From an uncultured Chloroflexia bacterium (GTDB lineage Bacteria > Chloroflexota > Anaerolineae > B4-G1 > SLSP01): 64,000 bases of DNA. A program made the translations under genes and the position numbers. Position 1 is the first letter of the stretch, and every line of letters begins with the position of its first letter. Shown piece by piece: positions 32,246 to 42,573 of the stretch. The notes beneath the pieces are model-generated. The model had not been told where the DNA came from, searched no databases, and was given only the letters and a program-made list of their open reading frames with translations. The DNA is taken from NCBI GenBank assembly GCA_963751345.1, contig CAVVUS010000047.1:1-64000 (forward strand). Direction: 5' to 3'.

Positions 32246-33817
32246 ATGCAGGATTACCCCAGTATCTTCAATGACGCGATCGGCCCGGTGATGCGGGGGC
32301 CATCCAGCTCCCATTGCGCGGCGGCGTTGCGCATCGGCAGGCTGGCGCGGGACCTGATGGATGGCGACCTGCGCCACGTACTGGTCGAGTTCGACCCGAC
32401 GGGGTCGCTGGCGACCACCCACAAGACGCAGGGATCCGATATGGGGCTGTGTGGTGGCCTCCTGGGGTGGGATGCCACAGATGAACGGCTGGCGTCATCG
32501 GTTCGGGCCATCGCGGAGGCCGGGATCGAGGTTGTCTTTCGGGTGACCGAGATCGGGGCCACCCATCCCAACACATACAGACTGACGCTCAGGAATGCCG
32601 ATGAGACTCACGTTCTGACTGCCCTCTCCACCGGAGGTGGGATGATCGAGGTCATTGAGATCGACGGGGCGCGGGTGTCGATCCGGGGTGATACCTATGA
32701 GACGTTGCTCTACGTGCGTGGCGACCCTGGCTCCCTGGTTCAGGCTTTGGCAACGTGGATCGAGGCGGACGCGATCTTGGGTCATGCCGGTGCGGGTGTC
32801 GATTTCGTCGAGGTCAAGGCTCAGCGTTTTCTGACGGACGAGCTCTGCACACGCGCCGGCACGGCGTTCGAGATTCCCCAGATCAGGACTTTGTCGCCGG
32901 TGTTGCCCGTGCTCTCGCGGCAGAATCTTCGCGTTCCCTTCATCACCTGTGATGAGATGACCGCCTACAACGATGACAAGGGCCTGCTGCTTTGGGAGCT
33001 TGCGTGCTACTACGAGAGCGCCAGAGGGAACTTGACCCACGAGCAGGTGTTGAGTCAGATGCAGGAGACGGTTCGCATCATGCGGTCCGCCATCCGGCAG
33101 GGCATTGCAGGCACGGAGTACGCGGACCGCATCCTGGGACAGCAGTCCGAGGGCTTCCGGAGAGCACTCGCGGACGGTCAGTTGTTGGACGGCGGCATCC
33201 TCAATCAGATGATTCTCTATGTGACGGCGCTGATGGAGGTCAAGAGCGCGATGGGTGTCTTCGTCGCTGCGCCGACGGCCGGCGCGTGCGGCGGGCTGCC
33301 CGGCGCTTGCCTTGGCGCCGTCGATGCGATGGGCTTAGGTGTGACGGAGGCGGCGAAGGCGATGCTGGCGGCGGGGCTGGTTGGCGTTTTCATCGCTGCC
33401 CGGGCCACCTTCGCAGCAGAGGTCGCCGGGTGCCAGGCGGAATGTGGCGCCGGATCCGCGATGGCTGCCGCCGCCCTGGTCGAGTTGGCTCAGGGTACGG
33501 CGGCGCAGGCGGTCTCCGCGGCATCGATGGCGCTTCAGAACATCCTGGGTCTGATCTGTGATCCCGTGGCTAATCGAGTCGAGGTCCCGTGCCTGGGAAG
33601 GAACGTCATGGCTGCGAGCAATGCGCTGGCCTGCGCCAACATGGCGCTGGCCGGCTACGATGCGGTCGTGCCGCTGGATGAAGTTATCGAGACGATGCTC
33701 CGGGTGGGCGAGAGCCTGCCTAGTGCGCTGCGCTGTACGGCGCTGGGCGGCCTTTCCGTCACCAAGGCCTCGCGCGAGATCGAAGCGCGACTCAATCGCG
33801 GTGCTGAAGTCCGCTAG
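32246..33817 (+). CDS. Fe-S L-serine dehydratase, beta and alpha domains fused
   Basis: IGPVMRGPSSSHCAAALRIG, STGGGMIE, VAAPTAGACG, GCQAECG, LGLICDPV..RVEVPC. Confidence 0.9.
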   Translation: MQDYPSIFNDAIGPVMRGPSSSHCAAALRIGRLARDLMDGDLRHVLVEFDPTGSLATTHKTQGSDMGLCGGLLGWDATDERLASSVRAIAEAGIEVVFRVTEIGATHPNTYRLTLRNADETHVLTALSTGGGMIEVIEIDGARVSIRGDTYETLLYVRGDPGSLVQALATWIEADAILGHAGAGVDFVEVKAQRFLTDELCTRAGTAFEIPQIRTLSPVLPVLSRQNLRVPFITCDEMTAYNDDKGLLLWELACYYESARGNLTHEQVLSQMQETVRIMRSAIRQGIAGTEYADRILGQQSEGFRRALADGQLLDGGILNQMILYVTALMEVKSAMGVFVAAPTAGACGGLPGACLGAVDAMGLGVTEAAKAMLAAGLVGVFIAARATFAAEVAGCQAECGAGSAMAAAALVELAQGTAAQAVSAASMALQNILGLICDPVANRVEVPCLGRNVMAASNALACANMALAGYDAVVPLDEVIETMLRVGESLPSALRCTALGGLSVTKASREIEARLNRGAEVR

Positions 33818-33901
33818 ACGCTATGCCCATGGCGCCTGCTCAGGCTGCGTGTATCTGGCGCGCCTTTTCCTGTTCTGTCCCCGGCAAATGAAGGAGACTC
33901 T

Positions 33902-34873
33902 ATGTTGTACCTCAATGACAGTGACATCCAACAAGCGCTGACGCCCGAAGACGTCCTTAGCAGTGTTGAGGAGGCGCTGCGAGTCTACGAAGCGCGGTCG
34001 TTCTCGATGCCCGAGCGTCTGGCGATGGCCACCGGTGAGGGCAACCAGCTTCTGCTGATGCCCTGCGCGGCTGAGGATCATATGGTCACCAAGCTCGTCA
34101 GCGTCTATCCTGGGAATCGCTCCCAAGGCAGGCCGGTGATCGACGGCATCGTCGTTCTATACGACCGTGCGACGGCGGAGATCCTGGCGCTGTTGGATGG
34201 GAAAGCCGTCACCGCGATGCGTACCGGGGCCGTGACCGGTATCAGCATCCGCTATCTGGCCCAGGCCGAGGCGCGGTCCGTAGGCCTGGTTGGATGTGGG
34301 GTCCAAGGCTACTATCAGCTTCTCTATGCCTGTGCGGTGCGCGACATCGTGAGGATCGTGCTCTATGACATCGAGCCCCTGGCGGTGGAGGCTCTGACTG
34401 AGCGACTGCGTGCGTCACCGGTGAAAGCCTCGATTGAGGTCGCAGACTCACCGGAAGCCCTGGCCCGTTCATCCGACATTCTGATCACGGCAACGACGGC
34501 CCGGCAGCCGGTCTTTCCCGACGATCCGGCGTTGTTCGCGGGCAAGCACTGTGTCGCCATCGGGTCGTTCGAACCGGAGGTCCGTGAGTACCCTGATGCG
34601 TTGTTCAGGCTCGTCGACAAGGTATGGGTGGACCTCGATTTCGCCAAGGAGGAGTCAGGTGAGCTGATCGTGCCGTTACGGAGCGGGCTCCTCCAGGAGG
34701 ACCAGATCGAGACGCTGGGTCACCTCATTGCCTCCGGATGCCCTCCGGCGCGCGGTCGTCACGGCACGACCTTCTCCAAGTCCGTCGGAATGGCCCTCTT
34801 CGATCTGACCACGGCCAGACGCGCCTACCTGAACGCGCTCGAGGCAGGCTTGGGCACCGAGCTCCAGGCATAG
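33902..34873 (+). CDS. Ornithine cyclodeaminase / mu-crystallin family
   Basis: KLVSVYPGN, TAMRTGAV, GCGVQG, KSVGMALFD. Confidence 0.92.
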   Translation: MLYLNDSDIQQALTPEDVLSSVEEALRVYEARSFSMPERLAMATGEGNQLLLMPCAAEDHMVTKLVSVYPGNRSQGRPVIDGIVVLYDRATAEILALLDGKAVTAMRTGAVTGISIRYLAQAEARSVGLVGCGVQGYYQLLYACAVRDIVRIVLYDIEPLAVEALTERLRASPVKASIEVADSPEALARSSDILITATTARQPVFPDDPALFAGKHCVAIGSFEPEVREYPDALFRLVDKVWVDLDFAKEESGELIVPLRSGLLQEDQIETLGHLIASGCPPARGRHGTTFSKSVGMALFDLTTARRAYLNALEAGLGTELQA

Positions 34874-35038
34874 ACACCGGATGTGAGTGAGAGCGCGCTG
34901 CTGGGCCAGGGCGGGCTCGACTGCACCTCATCGAGCCGAAGTACACGCTCCAATCGATACCCGGTGAGGAGGTCAGCGGCCTGCACTTGATGGCGCCGAT
35001 GTACGTCGGCCTTCAGCGTCTGAACCCGGACCTCGAGT

Positions 35039-35131
35039 CGTCTTGACTTCGGTCCCTGGGAGCAGGTCTTCTACGGTGAGTTCGACGGTCGGCGGCGCAA
35101 GCGCGTGCTGGTCAAGATCATCGGCGAGTAG
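35039..35131 (+). pseudogene. 3' fragment of a yjbQ homologue
   Basis: Encodes [30 protein letters not shown]-stop, matching 40416-40508. Confidence 0.9.
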
Positions 35132-35243
35132 GCCCCTATCTGGCCCTGGGAAACATCGCACAACTCTGCAGCCTCGACGAAATCCTTGAGCCCGCCGCCA
35201 GAAACGTTGAAAGGTCTAGGTACATATGTCACTCCATACAGAC

Positions 35244-38200
35244 CTATGTTGCCAGCGGGAGCACACGCGTCCCCAGCACGCTCATCGCAGCGCCGTCGCG
35301 GCGGACCTCGCCCTCGACGATGACGAAGCGCGACATCGCGGCACGGCGATAGGTCTGAATCACCTCAGGGTAGAGCATTACGTTGACGATGCCGCTCTCG
35401 TCCTCCACGGCAAGAAAGGCGATGCCATTGGCGGTGGGCGGCTGCTGACGCGCGACCACGACGCCGCCAATACGGACGCGGGTCCCGTCGGGCCAGCGTG
35501 TGAGCTCGATCGAGGGCGTCGTCCCCATCTGATGCAACTGGCGGGCGACCAGGCTGGTGATGTGTGAGTCCGAAGTGGCGCCGGTATAAGCCTGCTCCGT
35601 CCAGAGCCGTTCGTGACGGGGGAGCGCGGCAAAGACCGGCTCGTGGCGTGGCTGTAACCCCAACGCCGGCGCAGCCTTGGCGGCATCCAGTGCTGCCTGG
35701 AGCTCCCACAGGAGCTGCCGACGCGGTCGCTGCCAGCGGTCGAACGCTCCGGCCATGATGAGCGCCTCAGTAGCGCGACGGCCCAGCCGGGTGCGTTGGC
35801 AGAAATCTACCAGGGACTCAAAGGGGCGCTGTCTGCGGGCCTCGACGATCGTAGTACCTGCCTCTGCCCCCAGCCCGCGCACCATCTCCAACCCCAGTCG
35901 AATCGCGCCATTGGGTGTAGACGACTCCGATGAAGTGGCGATGCCGCTTGCCAAGGCCCACTCTCTGCGACCTGTGGGTCTGTCCGTCTCCACCGTCGCG
36001 CCGACGTCGGAGGTGTGGAGGTCCACGCTGCGGATTTCCACCCCGTGGCGACGTGCCTCCGAGACGATGACGTGGGCCGGGTAGAAGCCCATCGGTTGGT
36101 GGCGCAGTAACGCAGCATAGAAAGCGACGGGATGATAGCGCCGCAACCACGCCGATTGATAGGTGAGCACCGCAAAGGCGGCGGCGTGACTCTTGGCAAA
36201 CGAGTAACCACCGAATGCCTGTAACTGCGCGAATACCTTCTCGATCACCGGTTCGGGGATCTTCAGGGCACGCGCGCCCTCGAAGAAGCGATCTTTGAAG
36301 GCCAGGATCGCCTCTTCTCCCCGTTTGTCGCCCAGCGCCCGGCGGAGTTGGTCACCTTCCCCCGGCGTGAACCCCGCTACATCCCGTGCCACCTTGAGCA
36401 CCTGCTCCTGGAAGACGATGACGCCCAAAGTCTCCGCCAGTGCCGGCTTGAGCCGGGGATGAAGATAGCGCACCGGCTCCAGCCCCTGGCGACGGCGTAG
36501 GTAGGGGCGCACCATGTGCCCCTGCAGCGGCCCCGGACGAATCAGGGCGATTTGAATCGTCAGGTCGGCAAAGGAGGTCGGCTTGAAGTTGGGGATCAGG
36601 CTGGCCTGAGCGCGGCTCTCCACCTGGAAGACGCCGACGGTCTCTCCCCGGCAGAGCATCGCATAGACCTCGGGATCGTCAGGTGTGAGAGCGTCCAGAT
36701 CGGGACGTGTGCCGGTCAGCTTCTCCGCGATGGTCACCGCATCCTCAATGGCGGAGAGCATCCGTAGTCCCAGGATATCCACTTTGATAACCCCCGCCTC
36801 CTCCAGGGCGTCCTTGTCCCACTGTACGACGGTCCGATCGGGCATGGTGGCGGGCTCCAGCGGAATCAACGTGGCGAGCGGCGCCCCCGAGAGGATCATG
36901 CCGCCGTTGTGGATCCCCAGATGCCGCGGGATGCCTTCCAGTTGCGGCGCCAGCCGCAGGAGGTGCTGGAAGGGTGCCGTGCTCAGATCCGCGCCAAAAG
37001 CGCTGACCATTCCCTCGGCCTCGCGCACGCTGTGATTGTCGCGCACGTCCAGCACGTCCGAGAGTCGCTCGATCAGCGCCGGGGGAAAACCCAGCGCGCG
37101 GGCGGTGTCCCGCACGGCCGACTTTGTCCTGAACGTGACCAACGTGCAGGCCATCGCGGCGTGATCGCGCCCGTAGCGCTCATAGACGTATTGGATCACT
37201 TCTTCGCGCCGGTCGGCGGCGAAGTCGATGTCAATGTCGGGGGGGCTCGGGCGTTCGGTGGACAGAAAGCGCTCGAAGACGAGGTCGATGGAGACAGGGT
37301 CGATGGGCGAGATGTTGAGCAGGTAGGCGACCAGCGAGTTGGCGGCGCTGCCCCGTCCCTGGCAGCGGATGCCTTGCGTCCGCGAGAAGTGGACGATGTC
37401 GGCGACGATGAGGAAGTAGTTGGCCAGGTCGAGTTGCCGGATGACCCCGAGTTCCTTTTCCAGCAGGGCGTACGGAGGATGAGTGGGGTATCGCACCCGC
37501 AGTGCCTGCTCGCAGAGGCGACGCAGATAGACATCCGGCGGGCTGCTGTCAGGCGTCTCGAAGGCCGGCAGGATCTGGTGCCCGCCCGGCAGGAAGGTCG
37601 CCGCCGAGGCGCAGCGTGCGGCGATGCGGGCTGTGTTGGCGATCGCCTCGGGGATGTTGGAGAAGAGCTCTGTCATGACCTCGGGCGTGCGAAGGTGATA
37701 CTCATCATTGGGACGCAGTAGGTCGCCCGCTTGGTCCAACGAAGTGTGCATCCTAATACATGTCAGGACGTCGTGGATTTCCCGCTGCTCCGGCTCCAGG
37801 TAGTGGACGTCTCCTGTAGCCACAACGTTTAGCCCCAGGTGTATCGCCAGCGCGTGTAGATCACGCATCAAGTGAGTTTCGCCCGGGTGGTAGTGGCGCT
37901 GGAGTTCGATGAAGAAGTGCTCGCGGCCGAAGACCTCCGCGAGATGTTGGGCGGCAGCCAGGGCTTGCCTGGGATCCCCGGCAAGGAGCCCCTGGGCCAC
38001 GGGGCCGTGGCGGCAGCCTGAGAGGGCGATCAAGCCTGCGGCGTGGTCTTGAAGCAAGTGTGGGTCGAGCAGAGCGGTGCCTTTGGGCTGATCTTGGTGC
38101 GCCAGCGTGATCAGGCGCGCGAGGTTGGCGTATCCGTCGGCGGTCTCGGCCAGTAGCGTGAGGTGCGTCTCCGTCTGAGATGCGGACGCCGTCTGAGGCG

Positions 38201-38441
38201 CGGACGCCGTCTGAGGCGCTTCGCCCAGCGTGACCTCCGCGCCCAGGATTGGCTTGATGCCGGCTTCCTCCGCTGCGCGGATAAAGCGCACCGCACCGTA
38301 AAGCCCATCGTGGTCGGTCAGGGCCAGGGCGGGCATCCCGTAGGCGGCGGCGCGCGCCACGAGCTCCTCCGGAAAGGCGACGCCGTCGAGAAGGCTGTGG
38401 CTGGAGTGGGTATGGAGCTCAACGTAGCCGCCGGAAGTCAT
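35244..38441 (-). CDS. dnaE2: Error-prone DNA polymerase III alpha (DnaE2/ImuC)
   Basis: PHP ELHTHSSHSLLDG, GRGSAANS, PPDIDIDF, YSFAKSHA, RQQPPTANG OB fold; coupled to imuB by an ATGA overlap. Confidence 0.95.
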   Translation of the reverse strand: MTSGGYVELHTHSSHSLLDGVAFPEELVARAAAYGMPALALTDHDGLYGAVRFIRAAEEAGIKPILGAEVTLGEAPQTASAPQTASASQTETHLTLLAETADGYANLARLITLAHQDQPKGTALLDPHLLQDHAAGLIALSGCRHGPVAQGLLAGDPRQALAAAQHLAEVFGREHFFIELQRHYHPGETHLMRDLHALAIHLGLNVVATGDVHYLEPEQREIHDVLTCIRMHTSLDQAGDLLRPNDEYHLRTPEVMTELFSNIPEAIANTARIAARCASAATFLPGGHQILPAFETPDSSPPDVYLRRLCEQALRVRYPTHPPYALLEKELGVIRQLDLANYFLIVADIVHFSRTQGIRCQGRGSAANSLVAYLLNISPIDPVSIDLVFERFLSTERPSPPDIDIDFAADRREEVIQYVYERYGRDHAAMACTLVTFRTKSAVRDTARALGFPPALIERLSDVLDVRDNHSVREAEGMVSAFGADLSTAPFQHLLRLAPQLEGIPRHLGIHNGGMILSGAPLATLIPLEPATMPDRTVVQWDKDALEEAGVIKVDILGLRMLSAIEDAVTIAEKLTGTRPDLDALTPDDPEVYAMLCRGETVGVFQVESRAQASLIPNFKPTSFADLTIQIALIRPGPLQGHMVRPYLRRRQGLEPVRYLHPRLKPALAETLGVIVFQEQVLKVARDVAGFTPGEGDQLRRALGDKRGEEAILAFKDRFFEGARALKIPEPVIEKVFAQLQAFGGYSFAKSHAAAFAVLTYQSAWLRRYHPVAFYAALLRHQPMGFYPAHVIVSEARRHGVEIRSVDLHTSDVGATVETDRPTGRREWALASGIATSSESSTPNGAIRLGLEMVRGLGAEAGTTIVEARRQRPFESLVDFCQRTRLGRRATEALIMAGAFDRWQRPRRQLLWELQAALDAAKAAPALGLQPRHEPVFAALPRHERLWTEQAYTGATSDSHITSLVARQLHQMGTTPSIELTRWPDGTRVRIGGVVVARQQPPTANGIAFLAVEDESGIVNVMLYPEVIQTYRRAAMSRFVIVEGEVRRDGAAMSVLGTRVLPLAT

Positions 38442-39835
38442 ACCAGCCTCCGCCGGTCCAGCCACCAGGTCGCGGCGCGGAGGTCTTGGTAGATCAGGCG
38501 AACCTGTCCGCTGCTGTCCTCCAGCCGGTAGTAGTCACGCTCGATCGGACGCGACCACCAGAAGCGTCGCTCACGCCAGTGCTCGTAGAGCCGGCGGATC
38601 CGATAGGTGCGGCCATCCCAGATGAAAGCGATGGGGACATCCTCCTTGCTTAGGGTGACCTGGATCGGGCGTGGCTCGGGCGGGTGGATCAACGAGGCGA
38701 CCATCACGACGAACTCGCCAAAGCGCACCCGCAGCCGGCGCAGCGCTTCCTGTAGGCCGCGCCAGCGTTGGTCGCGCGCGGCGGAGAAGAGCATCAATTG
38801 TGAGGCGCCCAGGTAGGCCGGGCGCAGGGGATAGACGACGACCTCCAGAGTCTCCGCGGGGCGTTCCAGGCGGATGCGGTTGACCAGGAACTGGATGCGC
38901 CGCGCGAGCCGTCCCTTCTCGGAGGTGGGCGGTTCGACAGAGGTGGTCGTCGTATGGGGGACTTCGGCCGCGTCGATGATCTCGATACGCAGCCCCTGGG
39001 CCTGGTAGCCTTGGCGATGTAGCGTCTCCGCCAGCGCGGCAGCCATCCGCTGGGCCGCAGCAAGCAGGGTTCGTTGATCTACGGTGGGGGGCTCGAACGT
39101 GGTCTGGTGGTGCAGTTCGAGGGGTGGGGCATCGGGCTCAACGGGACGGGGATCGGCCCCGGCGGCAAGGTCGTGGAGAAACCCCGCCTGGACTCCGAAC
39201 TGGCGGATCAAGGCCATCCGCGGCAGGGCAGCCAATTCCCCCAGGGTGCGGATGCCCAACAGATCCAGCCGCCGGAGGATCTCGGTTTCGGCGGGCAGGA
39301 CGGTCAGCGACAGTGAGGAGAGGAAGCTTCGTCCGCGCCGCGGCGGTACCACCACCGCCTGGTTGGATCGGGCGGCCAGTGCCGCCTGTTCAGCGGTGAA
39401 GCGCTCTTCGGCCAGTCCCACCTGCAGGTCGAGGTCTGCCGCCTCGCGGAGGGTTTCGACGATGCCCTGCGCGAGCGCGTTGTCCTCGGGGAAACGGCGG
39501 GTGAGTTGACCGACCTCGATGAAGAAGGACCCCAGCCCCGCCGTCTCCACGCGGTCGGTGAACTGGCGCAGTGCCGCGAGGAGTTCCTGCTGGGCATCCT
39601 GATAGGCCGCGTGATCGGCGGGGAGGAAGTCGGCCTCGGGGCAGCGCAGGGCGGCGCGAGCCAGGGGCATGCCCGGTATGATGCCGGCAGCCTCGGCCAC
39701 GGGGCAGCAGTCCAGGACCACCGAAGGATCCCAGGGCCGCCCCCCGATCACCAGGCCCTTGGCCCCGACGGTGCCGCGCTTCCGACGTTCCACCTGTACC
39801 GGCAGGTGAGGTACAAAAAGATAGACGATCTTCAT
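38438..39835 (-). CDS. imuB: ImuB-like inactive Y-family polymerase with C-terminal DUF6504-like domain
   Basis: AAGIIPGMPLARA, LGIRTLGELAAL, no catalytic acidic motifs, QLMLF clamp motif, W..R.Y...HWRE...WW...RDYYRL tail. Confidence 0.85.
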   Translation of the reverse strand: MKIVYLFVPHLPVQVERRKRGTVGAKGLVIGGRPWDPSVVLDCCPVAEAAGIIPGMPLARAALRCPEADFLPADHAAYQDAQQELLAALRQFTDRVETAGLGSFFIEVGQLTRRFPEDNALAQGIVETLREAADLDLQVGLAEERFTAEQAALAARSNQAVVVPPRRGRSFLSSLSLTVLPAETEILRRLDLLGIRTLGELAALPRMALIRQFGVQAGFLHDLAAGADPRPVEPDAPPLELHHQTTFEPPTVDQRTLLAAAQRMAAALAETLHRQGYQAQGLRIEIIDAAEVPHTTTTSVEPPTSEKGRLARRIQFLVNRIRLERPAETLEVVVYPLRPAYLGASQLMLFSAARDQRWRGLQEALRRLRVRFGEFVVMVASLIHPPEPRPIQVTLSKEDVPIAFIWDGRTYRIRRLYEHWRERRFWWSRPIERDYYRLEDSSGQVRLIYQDLRAATWWLDRRRLV

Positions 39836-39837
39836 GA

Positions 39838-39853
39838 TAGAACCTATGTTCTA
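39838..39853. promoter_or_regulatory. LexA (SOS) box
   Basis: TAGAAC-CTAT-GTTCTA (GAAC-N4-GTTC) 2 nt upstream of the imuB start codon. Confidence 0.88.
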
Positions 39854-40088
39854 TTTCCATACTAGCCTATCATTTCTCGCCAATCAAGTACCCAGCATAG
39901 AATTGGCGCATTTCATGGTGGGATCAATGGCACCTTTTTGACGATGCATCGACAGTAGCGCATAATCGAAGCCATCAGACCAACCTGACGCGAGGTGTGG
40001 CAGCTGCTCAGGCTGTCGACTCGCAATGTATGGCACTCACCGAAGTGGCAGTCTGTCTCGGCAAGATCACAGAATGAGGAGGACTCAG

Positions 40089-40508
40089 TTGAAAAGCTAC
40101 CGCAAAGAACTCTGGTTCAACATCCCCACACGGCGGGCATTTGTCAACATCACGTCAGACGTCGAGGTTTGCTTGCGCGATAGCGGCGTGCAGGAGGGAT
40201 TGGCACTCGTCAACTCGATGCATATTACCAGTAGCGTCTTCATCAACGACGATGAACCCGGCTTGCATCAGGACTACGAGGACTGGTTGGAGGAACTGGC
40301 CCCGCACGAACCACTCAGCGCCTACCGGCACAACCGCACCGGTGAGGATAACGGCGACGCCCACCTCAAACGCCAGATCATGGGCCGCGAGGTCGTCGTC
40401 GCTATCACCAATGGGCGGTTGGACTTCGGCCCTTGGGAGCAGATCTTCTACGGGGAGTTCGACGGGCGGCGGCGAAAGCGGGTGTTGGTGAAGATCATCG
40501 GGGAGTAG
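40089..40508 (+). CDS. yjbQ: YjbQ/UPF0047 family protein
   Basis: [36 protein letters not shown]; GAGGAGG RBS before TTG. Confidence 0.93.
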   Translation: MKSYRKELWFNIPTRRAFVNITSDVEVCLRDSGVQEGLALVNSMHITSSVFINDDEPGLHQDYEDWLEELAPHEPLSAYRHNRTGEDNGDAHLKRQIMGREVVVAITNGRLDFGPWEQIFYGEFDGRRRKRVLVKIIGE

Positions 40509-40544
40509 GCGCGTTCAGAGCAAGCTCACGCAGCAGGAAAGGAG

Positions 40545-40895
40545 ATGGCCATGGGAAATGAAGACGAAGCACATGAGATGAAGGGCGTTGCAGTGGAGCT
40601 GCTGGCATCGCTTGACCTTGGCCCTGAAATCCAGGGCATGGCAGGGCGCCAACTGCGGATGCGCATGGTGACCATCGAACCCGGCGGCGTCTTCGGCCCG
40701 CTTCACGACCACAGAGACAGGCCGGGCATGGTCTACATCCTGCAAGGAACGATCACGGATCATCGAGATGGCGTGACTAAGGAGTATGGGCCGGGAGCGG
40801 GCTGGCCCGAGGATAGGAACACCACGCACTGGCTTGAGAACAGGGGAACGACGCCGGCGGTGGAGATCTCTGTCGATATCGTCAAGCAACCATGA
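40545..40895 (+). CDS. Cupin domain protein
   Basis: TIEPGG...HDH.DRPG.VYILQG, THWLEN.G. Confidence 0.85.
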   Translation: MAMGNEDEAHEMKGVAVELLASLDLGPEIQGMAGRQLRMRMVTIEPGGVFGPLHDHRDRPGMVYILQGTITDHRDGVTKEYGPGAGWPEDRNTTHWLENRGTTPAVEISVDIVKQP

Positions 40896-41030
40896 GGTGA
40901 GGCTCAAGATGAGCCCCTGTTCGCCGTCGTCCCATAGGCCAACGTGAGTTGCGTGAGGTGCTGCAGCGTTCGTTCTGAGCTACGGGCAGAGGCGGCGATC
41001 GGGCAATAGGACCCTCTCGAGCAGGGCCGG

Positions 41031-41384
41031 TCACGCGCATCTGAATTGCACCTTGTCGACCCAGCACCCGCGGGGTAGAGTTGGGGTCGCATGCGCTTTC
41101 TCTGCATCGCCGCCGTCCTCGTTCGAGGCCAACCACGCGCTGCTTGGCCAAGACACTGGCCAATGTGGAAGTCCGGACAAGCAGCCCCAGACTTCTGTCT
41201 GGTTAGGCGCAACGCCCTGGACGGCGAGGAGGCTCTTCAGGTCGTCAAGCGAGTGGGCGGACAGATAGGTGTCGATCTTGGCCGCCCACAGTTCCAGTGC
41301 CTTCAGCCCGGCATGGGCTGTGGCCATGACATCTGTTTCGAGGTCGGATGTCATCGACGTGGCTCCGTGAAACCCCAGTCTCAT
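41031..41384 (-). CDS. Hypothetical protein
   Basis: ORF preceded by a GAGGAGGAG RBS; no recognisable motif. Confidence 0.4.
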   Translation of the reverse strand: MRLGFHGATSMTSDLETDVMATAHAGLKALELWAAKIDTYLSAHSLDDLKSLLAVQGVAPNQTEVWGCLSGLPHWPVSWPSSAWLASNEDGGDAEKAHATPTLPRGCWVDKVQFRCA

Positions 41385-41661
41385 GGTCTCCTCCTCTGTA
41401 CTCGGATTCCATCGGTAGTGGCGCGGTCATCGCCTGAACGATCAGGGCGACGGCAGTGCTCGCGTTCAGGGGAGACGACCCTCATAGTGGATCAGAGCAC
41501 ATGCTGCTGTCAACCTTTCAGACTCGCGGAGACCGGCACGCCGGGGCCGCACCTCACCCCCCCACTACCACGTTCGGGGGGTGACAACCACACCGCCCTG
41601 AGGTTATGCTTCAGTGACATGAGCAGGACAGAACCAGCCGATGCGAGGAGGATGGGGACAT

Positions 41662-42573
41662 ATGAAACAGCGCATGTATGCCGGCGAAGCTGATCTCAAG
41701 CTGCTCCAGGACTTCAATGCCGCGGCGATCGCGGTGACGGACCACTGCGGATATCTCCATCCCGGAGACATTCCCTTCCACATCTACAACGGCAACAAAC
41801 GCTACGATCCCACCGAGATCTTGAAGATCTGGGAGGACGAACGGGGGGTGGCTGCGTGGCGAATGGTCGACCCCAGCCACAAGAGCTACGATGCCCAGGT
41901 GCGGCCCGATCTACGGGGCGGCATCTTCGAACGTGACCTGCTCGAAGATGCCGAGGCTCGCCTCCTGGAGTTCATGCGTCGCTACGATGTCCGTAGCGAC
42001 GTCATTTGCGCAGACGCATTCCGGGGCGACACACCTCGGTCTGAGCTTCTCGTGGCGTTGGGCTGGGAACCGGACGATGAACTGCCCTACGTACTGAACA
42101 AGATGAAGATCGAGCCTGTGATCGTGCCGGCTCTCCCGGTAGGCTACTCGTTCCGGTCGGCCCACGCCCCTGACGATGCTGCCGCCCTGGCCGAGGTGCA
42201 TAACGCCTCCTTCGGGGCGAGCTGGACTCCTGAATCGTACCGGCGATTCATGGCGTCTCCGGGCTATTCCCCGGGACGGGAGCTGGTCATTCAGGCCCCG
42301 GATGGAAGCCTCGTGGCTTTCACCATCATCTGGTACGACCATCTGAATCGCACCGGGTCGTTCGAACCCGTCGGCACGCATCGGGATCATTGGCGCCAAG
42401 GGTTTGGCCGGGCGGTGATGACGTACGGGCTACAGCAGATGGCTGCCGCCGGAATGGAGCTTGCAACGGTTGCTCATTTCGGTAACAATGAGGCTGCCCG
42501 AGGGCTTTACCAAGCCATCGGATTCAGGCCCTGGCATCTGCTGGACGGATACGTGAAGTGCATTCCTGACTGA
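41662..42573 (+). CDS. GNAT family N-acetyltransferase
   Basis: FEPVGTH..HWRQGFGRA, NEAARGLYQAIGF. Confidence 0.88.
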   Translation: MKQRMYAGEADLKLLQDFNAAAIAVTDHCGYLHPGDIPFHIYNGNKRYDPTEILKIWEDERGVAAWRMVDPSHKSYDAQVRPDLRGGIFERDLLEDAEARLLEFMRRYDVRSDVICADAFRGDTPRSELLVALGWEPDDELPYVLNKMKIEPVIVPALPVGYSFRSAHAPDDAAALAEVHNASFGASWTPESYRRFMASPGYSPGRELVIQAPDGSLVAFTIIWYDHLNRTGSFEPVGTHRDHWRQGFGRAVMTYGLQQMAAAGMELATVAHFGNNEAARGLYQAIGFRPWHLLDGYVKCIPD

